From: Candidatus Micrarchaeota archaeon
GTDB lineage: Archaea > Micrarchaeota > Micrarchaeia > Anstonellales > Bilamarchaeaceae
DNA: 64,000 bases
Assembly: GCA_043821365.1 (NCBI GenBank)
Contig: JBDRCX010000002.1
Span: forward strand, 1 to 64,000
Direction of reading: 5' to 3'
Shown: positions 26,478 to 36,584 of the stretch, piece by piece
Position numbering within the stretch: the first letter of the stretch is position 1
Layout of the letters: every line of letters begins with the position of its first letter
Program-made: the position numbers and the translations under genes
Notes under the pieces: model-generated
What the model saw: the letters and a program-made list of their open reading frames with translations, nothing else
Databases searched by the model: none
What the model was told of the DNA's origin: nothing

Positions 26478-27944
26478 ATGAAAACTATACCTAGATGTAT
26501 GAGTACACAACATCCGGATAACGTTACAACTCCATTTTTTTCTGATTCAGATATACTTTCAGGTGATGCAGAAGTTAAAGAAGCATTTTTTGTGTTCTCT
26601 CAACTAGGTTGCCAGGAGCAGATGTGGGATAGCGAAGGTAAGGAAGCAGATAATCAGGTTGTTGAAAAATTACTTTCAAAATATTTAGATTTCTTTACAA
26701 AAAACAAACTAGGTGAGGATTTTCGTCTTACTTACAGAGTACCAAACCCTTCAGTGGAAAAAGGGCAAGGTAAAATATTGTTGGAAACATTGCAAAGTAT
26801 TCCGCGTGCATTTGATGCTGCAAAAGCAGCTGGTTTGGATGTTGCACCTATTTTTGAAGTAATAATCCCTATGACAACATCTCATCTTGAATTGAAGAGA
26901 GTAAAAAATTATTACAAACAAATTGTTATAGGCCAGAGAAATACTAAACTCGGAACTGAGAACATCTCTGTGAAAGAGTGGGTTGGTGATTTTCAACCAG
27001 AAAAAATTAATGTTATTCCGCTTGTTGAAAATTATGATTCTGTTTTGAATTGTGATTCTATAGTTTCAAAATATCTTAAGGGAAAACGTTATGAATATCA
27101 ACGTGTTTTCCTTGCAAGAAGTGATCCTGCTTTGAATTATGGTTCTACCGTTGCAGTTCTTTTATCAAAAATAGCACTACAAAAACTCCAAAAAGTTGAG
27201 GAAGATACAAGTGTTCCAATTTTGCCAATAATCGGTGTTGGGGCCGCTCCGTTCAGAGGTAATTTTGCACCAAATAATGTGAACAATTGCGGTGAAGAAT
27301 ATCCAAGTGTTCAGACATTCACTGCACAATCCTCATTCAAATATGATCATCCATTTCGTGATGTTGTCAATGCAGTTGACATGATAAACCACGGTAGAAA
27401 AAGACCTGCATTGCAAATTGATGAAAAAAAATCACTTGACTTGATGAAGAAAATGATTAAGGTTTATGAAAATCAGCTCAAGGACATGGCAGATCTTATC
27501 AATGGCATTTCAGTTTTTGTTCCAGGAAGACGAGCAAGAAAGCTTCATGTCGGTCTTTTTGGTTACTCTCGGTCAATGAAAGGAATGAAACTTCCTCGTG
27601 CTATCAAATTCTGTGGTGCTTTCTATTCCATAGGTATCCCGCCAGAACTTTTAGGTTTATCAGCTTTAACTGAAAAAGAATTCGATGATCTTCATGAACA
27701 TTATGCAAAAATTGAAGAAGACCTTAAAGATTCAGTAAAATTCCTTAATCCTAAAAACCTGAGCAAAATGCCGTCATCTGTGGAAAAAGGCATTTCCAAA
27801 GTACTTGAATGGATTGACTTTGAACCAGATGATGAATATGTTTCTATTAGTTCTAGAGTACTTGAAAATTTCAAGGCAGGAAGACACACAAGAATCGCAG
27901 AAGACATAAAGGCACTGGCGTGGAAAAGAAGGTTCTTGGGATAA
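26478..27944 (+). CDS. ppcA: Archaeal-type phosphoenolpyruvate carboxylase
   Basis: MSTQHPDN, MWDSEGK, FLARSDPALNYG, APFRG, RARKLHVGLFGYSR, LPRAIKF. Confidence 0.96.
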   Translation: MKTIPRCMSTQHPDNVTTPFFSDSDILSGDAEVKEAFFVFSQLGCQEQMWDSEGKEADNQVVEKLLSKYLDFFTKNKLGEDFRLTYRVPNPSVEKGQGKILLETLQSIPRAFDAAKAAGLDVAPIFEVIIPMTTSHLELKRVKNYYKQIVIGQRNTKLGTENISVKEWVGDFQPEKINVIPLVENYDSVLNCDSIVSKYLKGKRYEYQRVFLARSDPALNYGSTVAVLLSKIALQKLQKVEEDTSVPILPIIGVGAAPFRGNFAPNNVNNCGEEYPSVQTFTAQSSFKYDHPFRDVVNAVDMINHGRKRPALQIDEKKSLDLMKKMIKVYENQLKDMADLINGISVFVPGRRARKLHVGLFGYSRSMKGMKLPRAIKFCGAFYSIGIPPELLGLSALTEKEFDDLHEHYAKIEEDLKDSVKFLNPKNLSKMPSSVEKGISKVLEWIDFEPDDEYVSISSRVLENFKAGRHTRIAEDIKALAWKRRFLG

Positions 27945-27946
27945 AT

Positions 27947-29032
27947 ATGGATGTCATATCTCTGGCCAAAACTCTTGTTTCAATTGATTCACAAGTCCCA
28001 GGACCAGGCGAAATTGAAGTCAGTCAGTTCATATTTGATTACTTAAAAGAAATTGGTCTAAAGCCTCAAAAACAATTTTTTGATGGAAAAAGATTCAATG
28101 TGCTTGCTTTTGGTGGATCTCAACCATCTCTCATGGTAAATGTCCATCTTGATACAGTACCTATAAACGATCGCAAACAATGGAAAAGAAATCCATTTGG
28201 TGAAATTGTAAATGGAAAACTTTATGGAAGAGGAAGTTGCGATACAAAAGGCCATGCGGCATGTCTTCTTGCTGCACTTCAAAATCACATCAATGAGGAT
28301 GTAGTGTATATTTTCAATGGTGAAGAGGAAGGAAGCTTTGCTGGAATTGAAAAAGTTCTAGAATTGCGCAAAACCAAACTTAAGTCAATTCAAAATTCTG
28401 TTTCTCTTGAACCCACAGATGGGAAGTTGATGATTGGAAATAAGGGTAGTTATTTCATCAAAGTTTCTGCTACAGGGAAAACTTCCCATTCTAGTAGACC
28501 AGAACTTGGTGATAATGCCATATATAAAATATCAAAGGCTGCATTGGCAATAGAAAAATACAATAAAAAATTAACTAAAAGAAAATCTTCATTTGGTAAT
28601 GCATCAGCATCAGTTGGTATGGTTGATGGTGGAACTGCAACCAATGTTGTTCCTGATTCTGCATCTATGTTAGTTGATAGGAGGGTGCTTCCAGGTGAAA
28701 ACCCAAAAAAAGTTGAGAGCGAGTTTCGTGAAGTTGTGAATCCTCTTTCTGTTGATTTCATAAAGCGTATAGAAGCATGTTCTAGTTCTCCAAATTCAAA
28801 AATAGTTAGGCAGATGCAAACTATTCTCACTGGTTTTGATATGGATCCAAAACCCTATAGTTTTAGTGCGACTACTGAGCTTTCTGAGATTAGCAAGCAT
28901 GGAATTGAAGGGATAATCTTCGGTACTGGGGAGCTTGGTCAGGGTCACATGCCAGATGAATACATAACTATCGATGCATTAAATCGCGGAGAAAAGATTC
29001 TCCTTTCTCTATTAAAAAACTGGAGCAGGTAG
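27947..29032 (+). CDS. M20 family metallo-hydrolase (ArgE/DapE-like)
   Basis: NVHLDTVP, LYGRGSCDTKG, GEEEG, SHSSRPELGDNAI, GHMPDEYI. Confidence 0.9.
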   Translation: MDVISLAKTLVSIDSQVPGPGEIEVSQFIFDYLKEIGLKPQKQFFDGKRFNVLAFGGSQPSLMVNVHLDTVPINDRKQWKRNPFGEIVNGKLYGRGSCDTKGHAACLLAALQNHINEDVVYIFNGEEEGSFAGIEKVLELRKTKLKSIQNSVSLEPTDGKLMIGNKGSYFIKVSATGKTSHSSRPELGDNAIYKISKAALAIEKYNKKLTKRKSSFGNASASVGMVDGGTATNVVPDSASMLVDRRVLPGENPKKVESEFREVVNPLSVDFIKRIEACSSSPNSKIVRQMQTILTGFDMDPKPYSFSATTELSEISKHGIEGIIFGTGELGQGHMPDEYITIDALNRGEKILLSLLKNWSR

Positions 29033-29062
29033 TTTTTATTCCTTATCTAATATTCTATATTC

Positions 29063-30202
29063 ATGTCTATCGGTCCTATTGAATTACATCGAAAACTCCG
29101 AGGTAAACTATTCATTGGTGCAAAAGTAAAAATCAAAACCATTGATGATTTATCAAACTTATATACTCCTGGAGTTGCAAAACCATGTTTGGAAATTGCC
29201 AAAGATAAGAAACTTGTCTATGATTACACTATGAAGGGAAATACAGTTGCAATAGTGACAGATGGGACAAGAGTTCTTGGATTAGGTAACATTGGTCCGG
29301 AAGCTGCACTTCCGGTGATGGAAGGAAAGGCGCTTATTATGCAACAATTTGCCGGTATTGATGCAATCCCCATATGTTTAGATACAAAAGATCCTGATGA
29401 ATTTGTGAAAATAGTAAAAGCACTTTCTCCTGGATTTGGTGCAATAAATATCGAAGATATAGAAACACCAAAGGTTTTTTACATTGAAAAACGTTTGATT
29501 GAAGAACTTAATATCCCTGTTTTTCATGATGATCAACACGGGACTGCTATAGTTACCCTTGCTGGCTTATATAATGCTCTAAAAGTTGTTGGTAAAAGCC
29601 AGGATGTCAAAATAGGTATTGTTGGTGCCGGAAGTGCTGGCTATGCAATTTCCAAATTATTAACTTTTGCAGGGTTTACTGATATAGTTGTTTTTGATAG
29701 CAAGGGTGCACTTTCTTTAACTAGAATAAATCTCGATGGTCATAAATTAGAACTTGCAAAAATGAATAAATCTGGTTTTAGTGGCCAGTTAATTGATTTC
29801 CATGGCGCTGATGTGGTTATTTCCGCAGCATCTCCCGGTTCTCTTCCAATTGAGACAATTACTCATATGAATAAACCAAACATTGTGTTTGCACTTTCAA
29901 ATCCTACATCTGAAATTTCTCTTGAACAGGCGCATGAACTAAAAATAGATGTTTTTGGGACTGGCAGAAGTGATTATCCAAACCAAATAAATAATTCCCT
30001 ATGTTTTCCTGGTTTCCTACGGGCACTTTTGGATCTAAGAATTACTAAGATTACTAATGAGATGAAGGTTGCAGCTGCAAAAGGTATTGCAGGTTCAGTT
30101 AAAAATCCTACTAAAGACAAAATAGTGCCAGATGTTTTTGATAAAAAAGTAGTGAAAAATATTTGTAAGAAAATTAAACAAACCATTGAGGCGGAAAAAT
30201 GA
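29063..30202 (+). CDS. NAD(P)-dependent malic enzyme
   Basis: YTPGVA, DGTRVLGLGNIG, MEGKA, EDI, DDQHGTA, GAGSAG, FALSNP, QINNSLCFPG. Confidence 0.95.
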   Translation: MSIGPIELHRKLRGKLFIGAKVKIKTIDDLSNLYTPGVAKPCLEIAKDKKLVYDYTMKGNTVAIVTDGTRVLGLGNIGPEAALPVMEGKALIMQQFAGIDAIPICLDTKDPDEFVKIVKALSPGFGAINIEDIETPKVFYIEKRLIEELNIPVFHDDQHGTAIVTLAGLYNALKVVGKSQDVKIGIVGAGSAGYAISKLLTFAGFTDIVVFDSKGALSLTRINLDGHKLELAKMNKSGFSGQLIDFHGADVVISAASPGSLPIETITHMNKPNIVFALSNPTSEISLEQAHELKIDVFGTGRSDYPNQINNSLCFPGFLRALLDLRITKITNEMKVAAAKGIAGSVKNPTKDKIVPDVFDKKVVKNICKKIKQTIEAEK

Positions 30203-30897
30203 GTAGAAAAAAAAGAACCAAGAAAAAGAAACCAGAACCTGAAGTTATAAAACCTCCTGAAAAGAAGGAAATTGATTTTAATCAAATGTTTGCATGGTCA
30301 AAGGAATATATTAATCCGTGGGAACTTTCAAAATTAATTAATGGTCTTAGTGGTGTTGGTAAAATTAGTGACAGCTACACTATTGTTGCATTTTTTCAAC
30401 TAATTCAAATCCTTTCTGTAATTGTGGGTTATTTTCTGGTATTTGTATTGACTATGCCAACACTATCAAGTTCAGATCTTATCTCAATGGTTGTACAGCT
30501 CATTCTATCTACGGTAGTTGGAGTGGTGATCTTCTATTTTAGTTCATGGCTGTTGTATATGATTTCAAAATTATTCGGAGGGAAAGTTGATTTTGAAAAC
30601 CAGACATATGTACTAAGTGTTCTTGGTCTTTGCCACAGATTCATTTTCTTTGTAATCTTGATATTCGTATATCCATCCATGGTCGGAGCACTGCCTTTAG
30701 TACTTGGTGGGGTTGTAGTGTTGGGTATGTTCGTGATAAGTTTCTACTCCTGGTATGTCCAATTCCAAGTTATCAAACAACTAAATAATTTTTCAATTTG
30801 GAGATCTTTAGGAGTACTGGTTGTTTTCTTGATAATAAGCGCAGCAATAATGAGTATTGTTTCAGCATTGCTGTTGGGTGATGCTGTTCCAGTCTGA
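30199..30897 (+). CDS. Membrane protein, Yip1-like
   Basis: About 5 TM segments; KLFGGKVDF pattern. Confidence 0.55.
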   Translation: MSRKKRTKKKKPEPEVIKPPEKKEIDFNQMFAWSKEYINPWELSKLINGLSGVGKISDSYTIVAFFQLIQILSVIVGYFLVFVLTMPTLSSSDLISMVVQLILSTVVGVVIFYFSSWLLYMISKLFGGKVDFENQTYVLSVLGLCHRFIFFVILIFVYPSMVGALPLVLGGVVVLGMFVISFYSWYVQFQVIKQLNNFSIWRSLGVLVVFLIISAAIMSIVSALLLGDAVPV

Positions 30898-31022
30898 TTT
30901 TAGTGCTGTGGTAAAAAGACAAAAAATAAGTATCTTTATAATACTGCACCTTCAAATATAGAATTACATAAAATTCAGACCCACCCATGCGTCGAATTCT
31001 ATTGATTCTCGAGGGATTAATC

Positions 31023-31502
31023 ATGTATGATAAAAAAACAGATCTAAGATATGTACCAAATGCAGTACCGAGGGTCGAAGAAATAATCTCAAATATTGAT
31101 CATCCTGATGTTGAAATTAGAAGGGAGTACAGCACTGGTGCTATTTACGCACTTATGGGTGGCATATCTTCTGATGCAACACACAGATTACTTGATAAAT
31201 TGGCAGAGAGGCTTAAACTATCTTCAAAGGGTATTCCAACTGAACAAGATGTTTACGTACGTGAGCACTGTGCAAATGCATTTGAGATGGCAGGAGCAAC
31301 TGGTAAGGATGCGTTTTCTCACGTCTCAGTTCTAACTCAATCAAGGGAGTCTGATCCGCACGAATGGGTAAGAGAAAGAGCAAGAGATGCATTATCTTAC
31401 TTTCGTGAACAAAAATCTCGTTTACCTAGACCTGGACAGTTTACAAAAAATAGGGCGTCAGGCTTACCAACTAATGAAAAAAGACTACAATCTACTGTCT
31501 AA
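31023..31502 (+). CDS. HEAT-repeat-like hypothetical protein with basic tail
   Basis: DHPDVEIRR, DVYVREHCANA, DPHEWVRERARDAL. Confidence 0.6.
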   Translation: MYDKKTDLRYVPNAVPRVEEIISNIDHPDVEIRREYSTGAIYALMGGISSDATHRLLDKLAERLKLSSKGIPTEQDVYVREHCANAFEMAGATGKDAFSHVSVLTQSRESDPHEWVRERARDALSYFREQKSRLPRPGQFTKNRASGLPTNEKRLQSTV

Positions 31503-32904
31503 TTTCTTTTTTAATATTCCGATCGATTTCACTTGGTCCTGTTGCAGTTGCAATTATCCTTTCAAGTTCTTCTTTTTTCATTAATTTTTTATCTAAAATT
31601 AACTGTTTTAGGCTTATTTTTTTTGAATACGCTTCTTTAACCAAAATAGAAACTTCTTTGTAACCAAGGTATGGGTTGAATGCAGTTGCATATCCAAAAC
31701 TTCTTTCAAAATTTTCTTTTGTTTTTTCCACATCAACTTCAAGACCATCAATGCAGAATTTTCTAAACATCCCGCTTCCGTTTGCTAAAAGTTCAGCACT
31801 CTGAAAAAGATCATATGCAATTAATGGTGCTGCAAAATTAAGTTCAAGTTGGCCAGACTGCGCTGCTAGCATGATTGCATGATCATTTCCAATAACCTGG
31901 AAAACAAGCATGTTCACTGCTTCGGGTATTGATGGGTTAATCTTGCCTGGCATTATGGATGAACCTGGCTCAACTTCAGGTAGTATTATCTCTGCAATTC
32001 CTCCTTTTGGACCTGAAACAAGCAATCTTAGGTCATTTGCTATTCTTGAAAGTGTTACTGCGTAATTTCTATAGGCACTTGATAATGCCAACAGATCATT
32101 CATATTTTGGGTTATTTCTATTCCATCTTTTGCCATTTCAATTTCTATTTTGCCTTCTTTTCTTATGTAATCTGTTACCATTTCTCTAAATTTTGGGTGA
32201 GCAGTTATCCCACTTCCAATGGCTGTTCCACCCACGCCAATTTCTTTGATCATTTCCAATCCAGCCTTCATATTCTCTATATCTTTTTCTATTGCTCTTG
32301 CGTAAGCATCAAAGACTTGCCCATAACTCATGGGAACTGCATCTTGTAAATGGGTTCTTCCTATTTTCAATGTTTTTTTGTATTTGGCTGCCTTGCTTTG
32401 AAATGATTTTTTTAAGAGTTCTGCTTCATTAATTGTTTTTTTAGTGAGTCTTATTGCTGCTATTTTTACTGCTGACGGTATGACATTATTTGAACTTTGA
32501 GACATGTTTACATGGTCATTTGGATGTACTAATTTGTACTCTCCCTTTTTACCACCAAGTATCTCCTCTGCTCTGTTTGCAATAACTTCATTGACATTCA
32601 TGTGTAATGGAGTGCCAGCTCCAGCTTGAAAAGCATCCAGTACGAATTCATTATTGAATTTACCACTGATTACCTCGTCTGATGCCTTTGCTATGACGAG
32701 GCCTTTTTTCTTATCCAGTCTGCCAAGTTCTGCATTTGCCAAGGCAGCACATTTTTTTATTAGTGCAACTGCTTTGATCAATTCAATGTGAACTTTTATC
32801 TCACTTAGTTGGAAATTTTCCTTTGCTCTTGCAGTAAATGAGCCATAATATGCGTCTTCAGGAACATTTACTCTACCTAGAAAATCCTCCTCTGTTCTCA
32901 TCAT
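31492..32904 (-). CDS. aspA: Aspartate ammonia-lyase (fumarase/aspartase superfamily)
   Basis: QAGAGT, GRTHLQDAVP, GSSIMPGKINP, GQLELN; LQDAVP and GQLELN favour AspA over FumC. Confidence 0.8.
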   Translation of the reverse strand: MMRTEEDFLGRVNVPEDAYYGSFTARAKENFQLSEIKVHIELIKAVALIKKCAALANAELGRLDKKKGLVIAKASDEVISGKFNNEFVLDAFQAGAGTPLHMNVNEVIANRAEEILGGKKGEYKLVHPNDHVNMSQSSNNVIPSAVKIAAIRLTKKTINEAELLKKSFQSKAAKYKKTLKIGRTHLQDAVPMSYGQVFDAYARAIEKDIENMKAGLEMIKEIGVGGTAIGSGITAHPKFREMVTDYIRKEGKIEIEMAKDGIEITQNMNDLLALSSAYRNYAVTLSRIANDLRLLVSGPKGGIAEIILPEVEPGSSIMPGKINPSIPEAVNMLVFQVIGNDHAIMLAAQSGQLELNFAAPLIAYDLFQSAELLANGSGMFRKFCIDGLEVDVEKTKENFERSFGYATAFNPYLGYKEVSILVKEAYSKKISLKQLILDKKLMKKEELERIIATATGPSEIDRNIKKEIRQ

Positions 32905-33530
32905 CTCACCTTGTATGCTAAAAGCAACAAACCAAGCGCAACTGGACAAAATCCAGTTTCAGGTCGTGGTTGAACTGGTGGTTGATATGGAACTGTGTTA
33001 TTGGTTGGTGGTTGGTAAGGTGTCGTATTGTTTTGCGTTATGTTCTGACTAAGATTTTGTGAGATGTTTGTTTGTGCTGGCGGATCTTCAGGGATTGTAG
33101 GGGGTACAACTGGATCTTCAGGTGGGTCTGGTTCTTGTGGAGGTGCACCAAAACATTTCATATATGTAAACTCTATCTCTTGGCTTTGGTATCCTGTTGC
33201 ATCTGCCCTAAATATGAACAGTGCACTTAGGTAATCCATATTGCCAATTACATTTATGGTACTGATACCTCCATTATCTGTTGTTCCTGTTCCTAGAAGC
33301 TGATAACCATAATCAGTATAGAAAACATATGTTTTTGCATCTGCAATTGGTTCTTCATCTTCGTTTGTTATAAATGCAGTAAGCTGCTTGTTGGAACAAT
33401 CAACTGTAAGTTCGATTTCTAGTTCACCAAGATTAGGATCTCCTGTGTTTTTTGTATCTATGTAACTTGGTTTTACAGTAAATGCCATAGTCAAACTTAT
33501 CATCATCAAAAGAACAACATACAATTTCAT
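32901..33530 (-). CDS. Secreted beta-sandwich protein with P/T/N-rich linker and C-terminal sorting-like anchor
   Basis: Signal peptide; VDCSNKQL...EPIADAKTYVFY; C-terminus FCPVALGLLLLAYKVR. Confidence 0.65.
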   Translation of the reverse strand: MKLYVVLLMMISLTMAFTVKPSYIDTKNTGDPNLGELEIELTVDCSNKQLTAFITNEDEEPIADAKTYVFYTDYGYQLLGTGTTDNGGISTINVIGNMDYLSALFIFRADATGYQSQEIEFTYMKCFGAPPQEPDPPEDPVVPPTIPEDPPAQTNISQNLSQNITQNNTTPYQPPTNNTVPYQPPVQPRPETGFCPVALGLLLLAYKVR

Positions 33531-34249
33531 TTTACACCCTCCTCACTAGCATTTTTATCTGCAACTGGTTTCTTTCCCTTACGCCAGTATAATTTAGTAG
33601 AAGAAAAACCAGTAAAGTTTTTCTTACATACTTTAGTTTGCTTGACGTATTTAAAAATTATAAGCAATATCGCAATGAGTGCTATGACAGGTACCCACTC
33701 AACAACAGTGCTTGAACTTGTTTCAATATAACTTTGATTTTGGTAGGTGTTGTTGTAAGTATAGTTGTTAGAATAATTTTGGGTTGTTTGATTTTGGGTT
33801 TGGTTGTAACTAATTGGTGTAGTTGTTTGTTTTACATAAGTATTTTCTGCAGGTGTCCAGTTTGAATAGCATGGTGCGAGGTCAAATTGTACTGCCTTAT
33901 TTCTGTACCCGTTTTTCTCTATCAGAAGATTCCAACGGCTTCTCATATAACTGGTATTGCCCGGAAGTTGATGGAGTGCGGTGCCATTTTTAGGGGTTGT
34001 TATGCGGGATATTATCTGATTTGAATTTTCCAAATATTGTAAATAGGTTGTTGCATTTTCCACAGGCAGGTTGGTTCCATTCATCACAATAAGGTAAAGT
34101 TGCGCCTTTTCACAATCAACTGCAATGGAATATGTAAACTGTTCAAATATTATATCTCCGAGATCATCCTGGTCCCATACTCTGACCGCAACAAAAACAC
34201 TACTACTTAAGGATAGGAAAATAATAAAAAAAATTAAGATCTTTTTCAT
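33527..34249 (-). CDS. Paralogous secreted beta-sandwich protein with C-terminal TM anchor
   Basis: Signal peptide; VDCEKAQL...LPVENATTYLQY; T/N/Q-rich linker; TM then basic tail. Confidence 0.65.
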   Translation of the reverse strand: MKKILIFFIIFLSLSSSVFVAVRVWDQDDLGDIIFEQFTYSIAVDCEKAQLYLIVMNGTNLPVENATTYLQYLENSNQIISRITTPKNGTALHQLPGNTSYMRSRWNLLIEKNGYRNKAVQFDLAPCYSNWTPAENTYVKQTTTPISYNQTQNQTTQNYSNNYTYNNTYQNQSYIETSSSTVVEWVPVIALIAILLIIFKYVKQTKVCKKNFTGFSSTKLYWRKGKKPVADKNASEEGVK

Positions 34250-35205
34250 TCCAATCCTTTTGCAATTTGTGCTAAGAGTGCTTCTAATTGTATTCTGTCA
34301 TTTGCTCCTTCTACTAGCCTAAAATTATATTCACCAATCATTTCAATTAGTCTCATTCTTTGTTTTTCTGGTACTTCAATTTTCCCAGCTTCCCTGTAAA
34401 TTTGATAAAGTATGTCTTCTCCACTTAATCCATAGGTTATGATGAGCTTATCCAGATTCTCTCTTGCTGTTTGGAATTTTCCTTCAATTGCGCAATGTAC
34501 CATGTCCTTGATCTCTTTTGGCATTGCTTTGCTGCTAGTTTTATGTACAAGTTCACTTGTTATGTGATTTGATTGCATTGCACATCCTTGCATTATGTTC
34601 AATGCTCTTCTCATATCCCCTTCAGAAACGTAAAAAATTGCTTCGTATGCCTTTTCATCAATCTTAATTTTCTCAGACTTTGCTACATGTTCCAATGTTT
34701 TGTGCATTTCTTTGTCATCCAGAGGTACAAATCTAAAAACTGCACATCTGCTTTGTATTGGCTCAATTATTCTTGATGAATAGTTTGCAGATATTATAAA
34801 TCTTGTAACTGATGAATTTGCTTCCATTGTTCTTCTGAGTGCCTGTTGTGCATCTGTAGTTAGTGCATCTCCTTCATCTAAAAATATTAATTTGAATGGT
34901 GCTTCTCTCAATGAAACAGAACGTGCAAAATCCTTTATTCTTCCTCTGACAACATCTATCCCTCTCTCATCACTGGCATTAAGTTCAAGGAAATTACCAG
35001 CCAATCCATCGGGGTATAATTCATGTGCAAGAGCAAGAGCGCATGTTGTTTTTCCAACACCTGGAGGTCCTGCAAAAAGCATACTCGGCATGTTCTTTGC
35101 TTTGACAAACGCCTTCAGACTTTCAACTATTCCTTTTTGTCCTGCAACATCATCTAGCTTTTTTGGCCTATATTTCTCTGTCCAAGGTAAAATGTCCAAT
35201 TCCAT
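34246..35205 (-). CDS. rfcS: Replication factor C small subunit
   Basis: PWTEKYRP, GPPGVGKT, LELNASDERG, FLDEGD, IQSRC, GDMRRALN. Confidence 0.97.
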   Translation of the reverse strand: MELDILPWTEKYRPKKLDDVAGQKGIVESLKAFVKAKNMPSMLFAGPPGVGKTTCALALAHELYPDGLAGNFLELNASDERGIDVVRGRIKDFARSVSLREAPFKLIFLDEGDALTTDAQQALRRTMEANSSVTRFIISANYSSRIIEPIQSRCAVFRFVPLDDKEMHKTLEHVAKSEKIKIDEKAYEAIFYVSEGDMRRALNIMQGCAMQSNHITSELVHKTSSKAMPKEIKDMVHCAIEGKFQTARENLDKLIITYGLSGEDILYQIYREAGKIEVPEKQRMRLIEMIGEYNFRLVEGANDRIQLEALLAQIAKGLE

Positions 35206-35256
35206 TAATTTAGTTCCATCGTCAATCTATATAAATTTTCGCAGTAAGATCAGTTC

Positions 35257-35943
35257 ATGGATCGCGTTAAAACAGGTATTTCAGGATTGGATGAGATGTT
35301 AAACGGTGGTATCCCCTCAGGGAGACACGTTGCAATCTATGGTGGACCAGGTTCTGGTAAAACTTCATTCTGTTTTGAATTTTTATATCGTGGAGCAAAA
35401 CTTGGTGAAAATGGTCTTTATATTTCCTTAGAAGAAACTCCAGAAGATCTGTCAGATAATATGAAAAGTACATTTCCACTCTTTACTGATTGTGAACAAC
35501 TTGTGGCCGACAAAAAAATAGAACTTGTTAAACCAAACCAGCTTGATCTTGAGAATGTTGCAAACCTTCTTGAGGATAGAATAACTTCAAATAATATCAA
35601 AAGGGCTGCAATTGATTCTGCAACCATGATCAAATTGGCATTTCAGAGTGATACAGAATACAGACAAACTCTTTTTGAATTTCTGTCTCTTCTAAGAAAC
35701 CTTGATGTTACAACTGTCACAACTCTTGAAGCAAGCAGTGCAAGAAAAGATGATATGAAGTTTGATATTGAGCATTTTGTTATGGATGGTATAATCAACC
35801 TTTATAACCTAGATAAGGAAGACCGCAGGGTAAGGGCACTTGAAATAATGAAAATGCGTGGCACCGATCATTCTCGTGATATGGTACCATTTAAAGTAAC
35901 TCCATCTGGTATCAAAGTTTACATTGGCGAAAAGGTATTTTAG
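35257..35943 (+). CDS. KaiC/RAD55-like ATPase (third copy in window)
   Basis: DRVKTGISGLDEMLNGG, GGPGSGKT, YISLEE, AAIDSA, EHFVMDGII, EIMKMRGT. Confidence 0.92.
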   Translation: MDRVKTGISGLDEMLNGGIPSGRHVAIYGGPGSGKTSFCFEFLYRGAKLGENGLYISLEETPEDLSDNMKSTFPLFTDCEQLVADKKIELVKPNQLDLENVANLLEDRITSNNIKRAAIDSATMIKLAFQSDTEYRQTLFEFLSLLRNLDVTTVTTLEASSARKDDMKFDIEHFVMDGIINLYNLDKEDRRVRALEIMKMRGTDHSRDMVPFKVTPSGIKVYIGEKVF

Positions 35944-36438
35944 TTATCTTCTACCAACTTTAAATCTCACACCAAAGGCAGTCCCAAGGTGTGGGTTTAT
36001 TGGTTCTATTTTAAATGCTGGTCTTGGTGTGAGTCTAAAATCAGTTGTGCCAAGAGGTCCACTACCCCTAATATTCGGAATTGGTTGGCTTGCCATAACT
36101 CTTGGTCTTACAAGTCCTTCAGTGCCATTATGATGATCTTTTTTTGAGCGTTTTGTTCTTCCATTTGTACTATCATCTTCGATCTCAGGTGTTTTTTTCT
36201 CTTTATTTATTGGGTGTCCAAATCTATCTGCAAGCTTTTCAAGCAATTGTTTATGTTCTGATTCTCTTATCTGGCCAGTTGCCAATGCATTCTCAATCAT
36301 TGTGCGAAGTTTTCCCTCACCACAACCACTATTGATTACTCGATTCAACAGTCTTTTGAAAACAACAGTTGGTTCCAAAAGATGGGCGTACTTGTTAGCT
36401 CTTCCTGTTTCTGGTTGTTCTGGTGTTGTGTTGCTCAT
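35944..36438 (-). CDS. Hypothetical protein (ORFan-like), basic C-terminus
   Basis: 164-aa ORF filling the gap between kaiC-like gene and ileS. Confidence 0.55.
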   Translation of the reverse strand: MSNTTPEQPETGRANKYAHLLEPTVVFKRLLNRVINSGCGEGKLRTMIENALATGQIRESEHKQLLEKLADRFGHPINKEKKTPEIEDDSTNGRTKRSKKDHHNGTEGLVRPRVMASQPIPNIRGSGPLGTTDFRLTPRPAFKIEPINPHLGTAFGVRFKVGRR

Positions 36439-36584
36439 AGTTCCATTCTATGGTTGTTATATTTTTAAATAAGTGTTTTGTTTTTGTGTGACACCAGCTT
36501 ATAAATGCTTTTCGGGACAATCTATCTCTGCTAATTTGTGCCTTAGATAGAAAGATAACCTATCCGTATGGCTTAAGAGGGTTT

